From positions 40,858,001-40,922,000 of the forward strand of contig OZ024747.1 in the NCBI GenBank assembly GCA_964016885.1: a stretch of DNA of 64,000 nucleotides, written 5' to 3'. Position numbers and translations under genes: made by a program. This document shows positions 39,102 to 51,209 of this stretch, in pieces (position 1 is the first letter of the stretch; each line of letters starts with the position of its first letter). The notes under the pieces are model-generated. The model was not told where the DNA came from. It ran no database searches and worked only from the letters and a program-made list of their open reading frames with translations. This DNA is from Eledone cirrhosa (Eukaryota).

Positions 39102-39660
39102 ATGGATTGTCAGTATCGGTAGAGAGTCGGACGCCATGCTTTCCAACATAGTTACGTCCCTTTACGATCTGAGTTCAAATCCCGCCGAGGTTGACTTTGC
39201 CTTTCATCCTTACGGGGTCGATAAAATAAAGTACCAGTAATGCACTGGATAATTGCTGGCCTTGTGCCTAAAGTAGAAACAATTATTATGGATTGGCAGT
39301 ATAGGTAGAGAGTCGGACGCCATGCTTTCCAGCATAGTTACGTCCCTTTACGATCTGAGTTCAAATCCCGCCGAGGTTGACTTTGCCTTTCATCCTTACG
39401 GGGTCGATAAAATAAAGTACCAGTAATGCACTGGATAATTGCTGGCCTTGTGCCTAAAGTAGAAACAATTATTATGGATTGGCAGTATAGGTAGAGAGTC
39501 GGACGCCATGCTTTCCAGCATAGTTACGTCCCTTTACGATCTGAGTTCAAATCCCGCCGAGGTTGACTTTGCCTTTCATCCTTACGGGGTCGATAAAATA
39601 AAGTACCAGTAATGCACTGGGTAATTGCTGGCCTTGTGCCTAAAGTAGAAACAATTATTA
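39102..39660 (+). repeat. Three head-to-tail, near-identical 186-bp SINE copies
   Basis: Units start near 39102, 39288 and 39474. Confidence 0.92.
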
Positions 39661-40815
39661 TGTCTATATCCTTTGCAACAATTCATCAAATGAGATTCTC
39701 CTGGACATAGAAAGTATTTAGATATTTATATTATTGAGGACTATAAAACCATCTACGTAACCATGTGGCTTGGTATGGGATTTAAATAATGCTTTATTAA
39801 CGAACAAGTGTCTGAAAAATCGAGCTTTATATATATAAAATTGGAACGCAATTATATAACCTTCTGTTCTGATGAAAAGCAGATTAACATTTTATGAGCA
39901 TCCATTTTGAATTTATGAGGTTATATTTCTGACAGTAGAATACAGCGTGCAGATATTTTATTGTCTGAAGATAAAAATCATTGTTTTTCCTCACAAACAA
40001 AGGTAGCATACAAAAAATAAACAGCCGTATCTATTCAAGTGTTACGCAGAATTAGGGGGCAGCGATGTTTGTTTGCAGTGGTTAATATTCATGCATATTA
40101 GGTTACATAGGCTAGCGTTAATAGTAATGTTAAGCTGTGACTTTTCTTCTAGCTTAAATGCTTTCTTTTGCTGCTGGATGAAGGGTAAAATATCATCCAT
40201 TATATTTGTTGCTTAAAATCTACAAATACTTTACATAAATAAGGAATAAGACGATTTTCAATAAATAAATTTATAAAAAATAGAAAGAAAAGGCACATTA
40301 GATAGATAATGAGGTTATAACTAGTGTAGTCATAAATTGATGTCTTTTTTTTTTTTTTTTTAAATAATTTTTGGAGAGGTGTTATATAAGGAATTAACAA
40401 TAGTTTTCCCATTCTCCGCTTTGCATGCATCTTTGTTTCCATGTGTTTACATTGTTATGCTATTGCCTCTTCTACGGCACCCCTATTTTTATTTAATACG
40501 TATACCAAGTATATTTCAGTTATGTTCATGATCCCTTCTTTATATATATATATTTATTTATATTTGTTTAGATTTAGTTCATTCACTATAAGACACATTC
40601 TTGGAAACATGCCCTGCACAGTGCAACTGATTCCACCACACCTTGGTATATCGTACATATATATTATGTGAATGTGTTTGTATTTCTGGATGTGTGTGTG
40701 AGCGCGCGCAGACGCACGCGTGTGTGTTGGCTTCGTGCAAATATGGCTTCGATAAATACTCTCTATACACACATGCAAGCACACACACGCACACATACAC
40801 ACATACACGCATATA

Positions 40816-42093
40816 CGAGGTGTGTCAGAAACGTTCCAGGACTGATGTCACAAAAGATTTATTTCAAACCCAAACTTCACACTAAGAGTTTTCTCCTTCA
40901 AAGTAATCCCCTTGGAGTATGTAACTGTAATCTTAGCTCTCTGCAGTGATCAAACTTTTTTCTTCTTAATTTTATATACATGTCCGTCAAGCAATGAGCA
41001 CAGAGCAGCGAACAAACTTGAAGTTTCTGGTACGGTTGGGGAAAACTCCGTCAGAAGCACTGGGATTGCTGCAGCAAGTGTATGGAAATGAGACGATGTC
41101 ACGCTCATGTGTTTTTGAGTGGTGCAAGAGGTTTAAAAAAGGACGCGAGGACGTGGAATATGACCCCCAGGAGCGGAAGGCCCTCAACAACCAGGACTGA
41201 GGTCAACGTCGAGCGCGTCAGGGAGATGGTGCGTAGCGATCGTCGGCTGACTGTTCGAGCTGGGCATTAATCGGGACAGCGTCTGGAAGATTCTCACTGA
41301 AGATTTGGACATGCGGAAAGTCTGCGCGAAGATGGTGCCAAAACTGCTGAACGATTACCAGAACGGTCGACGCATGCAAGTGTGTCAGGACATCCTCGAG
41401 CGTCTTGAAACCGAACCAGACTTGCTAGGGACAGTCATCACCGGTGATGAGTCATGGATCATCGAGTACGACCCGGAAACCAAACGCCAGAGCCTTCAGT
41501 GGAAGAGTACGTCGTCGCCAAGGCCGAAGAAAGCACGACAGTCGAAGTCCAAAGTCAAGGTCATGTTGATCACATTCTTCGATGCGAGGGGGATCGTCCA
41601 CTGCGAGTTCTTGCCACAGGGCCAGACGATCAAGCAACATGTCTACAAATGGATACTGCAACGTTTGCTTCGTTCAGTGCGTGAGAAGTTGTGGCAGGAC
41701 AATTCGTGGCTGCTTCACCATGACAACGCAGCTGCTCACAATGCCCTGAGCATCGGACAGTTCCTGGCCGAGAAGAACATCGCCGTGCTGGAGCAACCTC
41801 CCTATTCTCCCGACCTGGCTCCGTATGATGTTTTCCTATTCCCCAAGCTCATAGGGGTCATCAAGGAGACCCGTTTTGAAGACGTGGATGACATCAAAAA
41901 GGGCGTGACGACGGAACTGCGGAGGATCCCGGAAGAATCCTTACAGGAGTGCATGCAAGCGTGGCAGAAAAGGATGGAAAAGTGCATTAGACTCCAGGGG
42001 GATTACTTTGAAGGAGAAAACTCCTAGTGTGAATTTTGGGTTTGAAATAAATCTTTTGTGACATCAGTCCTGGAACTTTTCTGACACACCTCG
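40816..42093 (+). mobile_element. Mariner (DD34D) transposon, full length, TA TSD, ~103-bp TIRs
   Basis: TA|CGAGGTGTGTCAGAAA...TTTCTGACACACCTCG|TA; TIRs 40816-40918 and 41991-42093. Confidence 0.95.
40994..42027 (+). pseudogene. Mariner transposase with two frameshifts
   Basis: MSTEQRTNLKFLVRLGK HTH; PRSGRPST; MVPKLL; TGDESW; HHDNA; YSPDLAPYD (D34D spacing counted). Confidence 0.93.
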
Positions 42094-42271
<178 letters not shown>

Positions 42272-42335
42272 GAGATGAAATCGAAAATGCAACTGGAGTC
42301 TTATTTTTTAAAAAAATATATATATTTATTTGGTT

Positions 42336-42373
42336 CCTTTACCGGTTTCGCAGTTCTTCTGCTTTTCAAAAGG
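42336..42373 (-). ncRNA. Hammerhead, U3-A8 core variant (left arm)
   Basis: Reverse complement of 42903-42940. Confidence 0.72.
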
Positions 42374-42902
42374 TGAGTTGAGATGGAGGGTCTGCGGTAT
42401 TTCTCACATCTGGTTGGTCTCTGAATGTTACTTGTTTTATATGGAAAAAGTGGCTCGAAATGCCAGGTTTTTCGAGAAGTAATTTGATTGGTTTGTCAAT
42501 AATTATAATAAATCTCGCGCCAGTTCGCGTTACAATAGTTCTTCAAATAAGAGAGGCGGGGGGTTGTCACAGGTTGTTTTTTCATATATGAGTGTTTGAA
42601 TTTCTTTTTACTTGAAAAAAGGAGGCTCACGAAGAAAAAGCCTTCGTGAGCCTCCTTTTTTCAAGTAAAAAGAAATTCAAACACTCATATATGAAAAAAC
42701 AACCTGTGACAATCCCCCGCCTCTCTTATTTGAAGAACTATTGTAACGCGAACTGGCGCGAAATTTATTATAATTATTGACAAACCAATCAAATTACTTC
42801 TCGAAAAACCTGGCATTTCGAGCCACTTTTTCCATATAAAACAAGTAACATTCAGAGACCAACCAGATGTGAGAAATACCGCAGACCCTCCATCTCAACT
42901 CA

Positions 42903-42940
42903 CCTTTTGAAAAGCAGAAGAACTGCGAAACCGGTAAAGG
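42903..42940 (+). ncRNA. Hammerhead, U3-A8 core variant (38 nt)
   Basis: CCTT TTGAAAA GCAG-AAGAA-CTGC GAAA CCGG TA AAGG. Confidence 0.72.
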
Positions 42941-43072
42941 AACCAAATAAATATATATATATTTTTTTTAAAATAAGACTCCAGTTGCATTTTCGATTTC
43001 ATCTCTTTTTCTTTATACTTTCACTCGTGTAGGACACCTCGGTTATTTTTCATTTTGTAAAAAAAACCTCAC

Positions 43073-43122
<50 letters not shown>

Positions 43123-43129
<7 letters not shown>

Positions 43130-44245
43130 GAATATAAAATGAAAGTGCTTTTATAAAGGAATTTATTAGGTATTGACATGTTTCTGTAACAGACGGAATA
43201 CCTATGTATCGCTGCTTGCGTAATCATATAATGTTAGCAAGTATTCGATAGCAAATGTATAATCAGTTGTCACTTATTCAGAGATATTGGATAAATTGGA
43301 AAAAATCAGAAAAATTGAAGTATTTATATTAGTTGTAAGAAAGGAAGAAGAGAGGGGATAGTATATGACAGATGGCAATTCAATTTGCTGGTAAACAAGC
43401 ATATAAAAGGTTTCTAATGAGAATACAATGAGTATATGGTTTATTTTATCTAAATAAGAATTTTTGGGAGTGCCTATTTTAATCTATACTTGACCAATTG
43501 AACAATGGACAGGGCTGGTCGTTTGGTGTAGTAGTGTTAATAGATATAAAGTGTCAATTAAGGAAGGGGGAGATTTTCACTGCTACTGAATAACAACAAT
43601 GCTGGTAGCCTGCTGGTATATGCATTAGGGAATTGAATTAAGAAATCTCATTTTATCTATAACAGTTTATATTAAATGGTAAAGAATAGAAGAGTTGATA
43701 GAATTAAGACTAATAGAGAATGTTAATATGTATTTTGACAATCAAACGGAGATGGAGACAGGCGTTCAATTCTGGTAGTGTTTGTAATATGAAAATGTAG
43801 ATTTCAAGCGATGGTTTTCATAGTGTGTATATGTGGGGATGCGCACGTGTGTGTTTGTGTTTATACGTGGTGTGGATATAGGTGGCGGGATTCGAAAAAA
43901 AATGTGAGTATTTGTTCGTGGGTAAAATCCTAAGGTAGTTCCGTGGAGAGTGCGATGAGGTGTTGGATATTTTTCATGTTATAGAGTGGATAGCTGGAAC
44001 GATGACCACTGGTGTGGAATCCATTAGTTGTGGTGGTCAGAAGTGGAGAGATGTGGGGTGCGCGCGCAACAGGAAGGGGTCAGAGGGTCAAAGCAAGGTG
44101 AAGAGATAGCAGTGGAGGAGGATGACAGGTGGAGAAATGGTATGTATGTGGTGAGGACTCTGTGTCTGTGTGTGTGGAGGTGCCGTGGACAGGGGAGAGG
44201 ATGGGTAGGTGTGAAAGGTGGAGGGGAAATGTGGTGATGTGGGTA
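43123..44245 (-). mobile_element. Old decayed PLE 3' part
   Basis: Minus remnants GHRSS and LEIYIFILQTLPELN resemble a GIY-YIG C-terminus; half hammerhead GAAACATGTC at ~43170-43185. Confidence 0.4.
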
Positions 44246-44438
44246 TATATATATATATATATATATTTAATTATAAAGTGAACAACAATATATAACTACT
44301 CCATTACCAAAGGTTTCAGGACCCTTCACAATATTAATGTAGTAGTTATATATTGTGTTGTTCACTTTCTAATTAAATAGCTCTGTTATATACATAGAGC
44401 ACTCTTTTTTCCTTTGTTTTTTTCTTCGGAATTAACTA

Positions 44439-44479
<41 letters not shown>

Positions 44480-44487
44480 GGTATATA

Positions 44488-45040
44488 TATCTATCTAGGG
44501 CGGGTAAAATTCCCGAGATCCATGGACGAGTTCTCTCCAGCGGTCTCTGTCCCTCATTATCGCTGCCATATCCTGCGTCTCCAACAGACCAGTATATCCT
44601 TAGGGCATCAACATACGTTAACCTTGGTCTTCCTCTTCCAGTGTGTCCATGCAGTGGCTCCGACAGGAGCAGTGAGTGCAGTGTCAACTCAGGATGTCGG
44701 TGAGCATGTCCAGCTAACGTCAGTCTCCTCTGTGTCACTTTTGAGCTGACCTTTGGGGGACTCCCATACAGCTCTGAGTTTTTCCTCCTCAGTGTATACT
44801 GATTAATGTTCAGAGCCATCCTTAGCATTCTCATGTAGCACCCATCCACCATCTGAGTGAGTTTCTTGGTCAGTGCCCAAGTCTCAGACCCGTACAGCAG
44901 CACAGACTCCACTACAGCAACCAAGAGGCCGATTTTCAGGTCTTTACGAAAGTCCAACTTCCACACCGATCTCAAGCTGTGGCACGCTTTGCTCTTCCTC
45001 TCGACCACATCATCTTCCGTATTCCCAATCTTTGCTCCCA
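44488..45040 (-). mobile_element. RTE-clade LINE 3' fragment
   Basis: Same family as 27062-27502. Confidence 0.85.
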
Positions 45041-45911
45041 TATATATGTGTGTGTGCGTGTGGGTGTGAATGTGGGTGAGTGTGTGTGAATGTATGTGTG
45101 TGTGTATGGATGGATGGGGTTACATATGTGTATATATACATGTTTGATGAAATGAAGAAGGGGCAGATCACACTCCAATGAGGAACACAACACACATTAA
45201 AGTTAGATTATATATTTATTCATATATATCCCGACCTTACAGTTGGTCAAGTGTTTTATGATGTCACAACAATGCCGTTAGCTTTAGAGATCAAAGTATT
45301 GGAATAAACAGATTTCACCATATTGATTCAGGTCATAATTGTAAGCAACAAATGAAAAAACAAAAACATACAAAGAAAATATAACAAATAATACCGCCTG
45401 GATAAAAACATTCCACGTCCTTTTGGGTATATGTGGCATGTGTAATGCCGAATGATAAAAGATTGAAGAAAACAGGAATAAACTTTTAACCTAAGTTACC
45501 GTTTAAAAATGTATTATTTGAATTTTGTCTTAAAATATAGATCAGTTTCATTTCTTAATCAAGAGATATTGCTTTCAACCTAGTAACTTGTGTATAGCTT
45601 CTATATATTTGTTACTACCAGTCGAAATAAATATTAAAAATATTGGTTACATCTATCTTATGTAAAATATCATTTTATCCACACACAAAATTAATATTAA
45701 AGAAGAAGTCACAATGATTCATTATCATTGTTTTATATTATCATCTACAAAAGATAATGGTTTTCACAATCTTAATACATATGAGGTGGAATTTGGAAAT
45801 GAAACCAGTTTAAACTTGACTAAGTACATTTTCGCAGTACTTCCTTCGAGAATATACATTCATACGACAATTCAAGGAAATACCTTTATATATAAATAAC
45901 CTCTCTCTCTT

Positions 45912-45994
<83 letters not shown>

Positions 45995-46226
45995 ATGTAC
46001 GTCAAACTAAATAAATTGAAACTTAGATGAGGTTATAAGTAAATGTTCCTTCTTTTTAATGGGTTCAAATATAATCCACACCCTTAAACTATAGAAATAT
46101 GTTATAAAAATATACTATAGTCAATATCAGAATATTACTTATTGTATTTCCTTACTTATGAATTAGTTGGCAATAACCGGTTCAATCTTCAGTAGAGGTT
46201 TCAAGAGTATAAATATGAGATATATA

Positions 46227-46587
46227 CTCTCGAATCCCAAATAATAGGTGCGGTGGGGGTTGGAAAATCGCTAATTTTTGTAAGATGTCTCCCTTGATTT
46301 AAAAAAAAAAAACAGAATTAGTCGTTTATTTTACATATTGAGACCCCAACCATCCTATTTATTTTATAACGTATAAAATTTCTTTTTATAACATTTTTCT
46401 TTTTTTCTTGTATAGTGTTTTTTAATGTCTAAAGAAAATTAATTATCACAGGAATAAAATAAAATTTCGCCGGAGATAGATTAGCAAAATTTAATAAGCG
46501 GGTGAGGGGTTGGAATAAAAATGGTGGGTGGAAACAATCTGAGGTGGGGGTGTGGTGGGGTGAGTATAATTATTCGAGACCCGAGAG
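46227..46587. mobile_element. MITE with TA TSD (Tc1/mariner superfamily-like)
   Basis: TA|CTCTCGAATCCCAAATAAT ... ATTATTCGAGACCCGAGAG|TA imperfect TIRs. Confidence 0.6.
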
Positions 46588-46973
46588 TATATATATATAT
46601 ATAATTCATATTGAGATTACCAGGGCTAGACATGGATAGATCACAGAATATCTTTCATATTATAATTTACGTTTCAGAAACATTTACATATTGGCCTTAT
46701 TTGAAAGATTTTAGTAAATGTAACAAATTACAGATAATATAGATAGATAGATGGATAACCACTATCAAAGTGTTATATGGTGGATATAGTTTCAACTATT
46801 TTAAATATGCCAGAAAAATATATATAAAGTGGGTTGAAATTGTATAATGTTTTATTTTTAGATTGAAGGATTGAAGGATGAGAATCTCTCAGATGTCCTG
46901 AGAACGGATATTTGGCAAATAAAGTACTAGTAATGAACTGGGTAATTGCTGGCCTTGTGCCCAAAGTAGAAAC

Positions 46974-47033
<60 letters not shown>

Positions 47034-47143
47034 TTATTTATATATATATTATTTAAGTACATATGCAGACTTATTAACAAATGCATTCATGTGAAGTTGT
47101 GTCAAAACATACATAACCAAATTCCAGCATGTCGCATATTTAT

Positions 47144-47372
47144 TCACTGTACACTTTTGTCTTTCAGATCAATACACAGCGTTTCTTCTGCATCCCACTG
47201 TGGAGAAACACTATCCCGATTTCCTGGAGATACTCTCGCCATTCGGAGTGAGACTAGGTGATAGTCTTCGTGGGAAGACTTCTGAAGACTTGGGGATCCG
47301 TGAGTACATTTCGTCGTCATACTTCTTGTCTCCATGTGGTCTCGAACTTTCTTGGCTAATGCTGCACGTACC
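47144..47372 (-). other. Candidate terminal coding exon of an unidentified host gene
   Basis: Minus: TTTTCAG acceptor, ~75 open codons (VRAALAKKVRDHME...KDKSVQ*), AATAAA overlapping the stop; non-repetitive and GC-richer than flanks; no recognisable homology. Confidence 0.25.
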
Positions 47373-48699
47373 TGAAAATTTTTCAGCATAATTTCATTAT
47401 TTATTTTTGTGAAATGTTTGATAATCAAGGCGTGTGTATGCGTGGGATTTTAGTCAGTTCGAAAGAGATACAGAAAACAAAAACATAATCGTGTGAGTCA
47501 TGGAACAACAACAACAATTATAATAGTAACAAGTAGAAGAAGATTACTTACATCACTATTCATGAAGCAATAAAGGATGGCCAGAAATAGACCCTGAAAT
47601 TTAAAATGAAAGTTCAACATACGTGATTAGCTTATATGTGACATTTTACAAAGTGTTAAATCATAATGCTTTCCACTAGATTTATTAAAATAGAATAGTT
47701 TGTGCTCTAGAGAATAGTAAGGAAGATTCAACTATATATCATTAATAGTGGAGTGCATTCTCAATCGGATTAAAATATTGGAATTGAGGAAACATATACG
47801 AACGCGCTATGTTAATATTTGTTTGCTTTTTTTGCTTGCTAATCCTCTAGAAGAACTGTATGTTTAGATGATGCAAGTCTCATATATATATATGCGTAAA
47901 AAGTCTTTAAAGATATCCTGTTAAATGCCAGGCTAGCATTTTATTAACCCCATCAGTAATTCTATTGAAGAAATCTACGTAGGATAGTGTTATTGGTACC
48001 AGAATATGATGCAATGCTAAGCAACAGTTTTGAATGTCCCTCTTGAACGGTGGTTTAAGGCTGATGGAAATATATCACCTACTGAGCTGGCTCCATTTTG
48101 TACAAGAGTCTTAGTATTCTTGTGGTAGGACCTATCATCGAACACAGGACAGTTTTTATCGAAGAGTCTTTTCATCGAAGCGACAATTTTCAGAGCCATG
48201 CTTTAGTGAAACTACTTTTCCTAGAATACTGCCATGAACATATTTTCAACGATCTGATATGTAATAAAACTAATATGCATACGAGATTTATTTAGAGATA
48301 GTATTTTGTAAGATAATCACAGAATAATTACAGAATAATTTTGAATATAGAATAATTTTTAATATGAAAAATAATTAGAATTAGCATCCAAAAATATATT
48401 CTAAAGAATGGTAACAGAAAACGTTTAACTAATATCAGATTCGTAATTTAAGTGCTACTGATAACAACTAATTAATTATCAAACCATTGACAAATTATTT
48501 CTCGTTAGAGTATACTTTAGTTGCTTGTTTACAGCATAATAATATCTTTTACTTTCTGAACCAACAGAAAATAATAAGTCACATAACTGTTGACAAAAAT
48601 ATGTTCTACGAAATAATGTATCTACAAACCTATGATGTAAAAAGTTGTTTCAACGGAAGATAATTCGATATAAGGTTGGCTGGACGAACATTCATTCGT

Positions 48700-50195
48700 T
48701 GAAAAGTTGTGGTAGCTGGAGTTCTATCCCCACTGCTTATACTGTTGGTTTTCACTTCAATTTATTATAAATTTCCGGTTGGTTAGTTGGTTCGATAACC
48801 GGATGGTTGTTTATATATAGACTACTCAACTAAACACCCCAACCATAGATTACCCGTACTAGACACAGAACTCTGGTTGGAAACTATCTGTAATAGAATG
48901 CAAATCCTCTATTCGCATTATGCTAAACACATGATCTCCAAATACCTGATCCACCGCAACTCAGCTGTTTCTGATCACATAAAAATCAATATACCGATTG
49001 CAGACTTAGTAAGTGTGATGAGGAACATCTCCTGCATGTGCAACCCTAAAGAATTAGAGAGACAAATACAAAACTTCATCCACCGCATGCAGTTCTCTGG
49101 TTACAATCAGAGAGACAAGATCATGGTATATAAAGGAGCCAGAACCAAATGGGCAAAGATTGTAGAAAATTATGCAAATGGGACTTGCCCCATGTATAGG
49201 AGCAAATTTTGGAACAGAATAGAAAGGATTGGGAATAAGGCAAATAAAATCAGCTCATGGTATAATAGCAATAAATACCAGAGTGTATTGTTCGCCAATA
49301 CATCCTCTAGAGAACAAGCTTACAGATTTAGAAGGGCCCAAGATAAGCTCAAATTAAATATTAAGATAGTTGAAAGACTAGGTATTCCCATAAAACCCTA
49401 ATTAGTAAAACATACCCATTTCAAAAAAACACCTTCGCTCATAGGAAATGCATAGTCTGCAAGCTAATCCCGAAAACTAACTGCAAAACTAGGAACGTAG
49501 TATATAGCATAAGATGTACTGAGGGACAGTGTAGGAATAAGAATATGACATAGATAGGTGAAACAGCCCGTAGCATAGGGGAAAGGGTAGGTGAACACTG
49601 GTGAGAACTCCAGGATGGGTAAAACTCATCAGTATTCCACCAACATGCCAAAATAGAACATAGGGGCATATTAAAGAACATAGAGATGAAAATTATATCC
49701 ACATACAGAAATGATGCAATGCTCAGACAAATCACAGAGGCGACAAACATAAAAGAACTCCAACCAAAAGTAAACAGAAAACAGGAATGGAATAGCAACA
49801 TCACAACTAGTAATTAAGAACAAAATGAAGACAAACACAAAAACCAAACTAACAAAACAAATAAGACACACACAGATAGATCAAACAACCAACTAGTGAC
49901 AAGTAAATAAACACATAAATAAATAAATAAAAACACACACATCCGGCTGTAACGCATATGCAAACTAAGCACACAACACACAACAGACAAAAAACAAGAT
50001 GGTGTAGGACAGACAAAGGAGGGACACAAAATAAAAACCAAGTCACTGAGGAGGTCACAGAATGCGTGATGAAAGAGCTTTGACAATATATAAACAGCCA
50101 TCCGGTTATCGAACCAACTAACCAACCGGAAATTTATAATAAATTGAAATGAAAACCAACAGGTGCGTATGTTTTTATTGGCAACATGATCCTCC
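48700..50195 (+). mobile_element. 5'-truncated Penelope-like element (RT thumb + GIY-YIG) with inverted pLTR
   Basis: RLPVLDTELW..YAKHMISK..SA..RMQFSGY (48877-49401); CKTRNVVYSIRC..IGETARSIGERVGEH; 48743-48818 inverted at 50087-50162. Confidence 0.85.
50042..50084 (+). ncRNA. Minimal hammerhead ribozyme in PLE 3' UTR
   Basis: GTCA CTGAGGA G GTCAC-AGAATGC-GTGAT GAAA GAGC TT TGAC. Confidence 0.8.
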
Positions 50196-50206
50196 ATATA
50201 TATATA

Positions 50207-50557
50207 AGTTTCTACTTTCGGCACAAGGCCAGTGATTACCCCAGTGCATTACTGGTACTTTATTTTATCGACCTCGTAAGGATGAAAGGCAAAGTTAACC
50301 TCGGCGGATTTGAACTCAGTACGCAAAGGGCCATAACTATGCTACAAAGCATGGTCTCTGCCGCCCTAAGATAATTGTTTCTACTTTTTGGCACAAGGCC
50401 AGCAATTACCCAGTGCATTACTGGTACTTTATGTTATCGACCCCGTAAGGATGAAAAGCAAAGTTAACCACGCCGGGATTTGAACTCAGAAAGGTAAGGG
50501 CCGTAACTCTATGCGTCAAAGCATGGCGTCCGACCCTCTACCGATCCTGCCAATCCA
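50207..50557 (-). mobile_element. Two tandem main-family SINEs
   Basis: 50207-50366 and 50371-50557 match the reverse complement of the consensus. Confidence 0.85.
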
Positions 50558-51209
50558 TATATATGTAGTAAAAAAGAGAGACTTGAAATTATCCACATAC
50601 CTGGGTTGCTTGAAGAAAAACAATAATATAGCCGAACACCTCTTTAGATGTAGTAGTGGAACCAGGGTTTACAATAAAAAGAAGGTAGTTTATACCCAGC
50701 AAGGGAATCAAAATTCCAGATGCCCTGAAGGCTTTCCTTCAGAAAGAAAAACAGGAGATATTTAAGCTTGATTTAATACAAAGACATATGTTTATAGCAT
50801 AATAAAAAGATTAGCTTTTCATACATTCAAAAGAAATCATTTCATTTAACATTTGGAAGAATGTTAGGAGATATTGAATTCGGGATATAGTTTACCAGCT
50901 TAAAATTCGTATGTTTAAGCTCAGATTTTGTAGTCTGTTAGTACATTATTATTATTATTATTTTGTTTCTCATTTTCGACGAACGTATTCATATCGGCTC
51001 TGGATTGTTATTTGTGGACAATTGTTGTTGTTAACTGTTGATAAGTTCATATATTACCAACACTACAGCATTACCAATACTACAGCATCACTGTTTTTAT
51101 ATTGTCGATTCGATTTTTGTGTAAAAGGCCCCCACTGTCCCCGTCTACTGTATTGTGCCCTATATGTAGGCTCTTTTGGCCAATAAATGAAACAATTATT
51201 ATTATTATT

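Noticed and set aside
39102-39660. CRISPR-like or retrozyme array
   Set aside because: No spacers and no hammerhead; the units are whole SINEs in eukaryotic DNA
39868-39915. CTGATGA motif
   Set aside because: No GAAA/NUH with pairing stems
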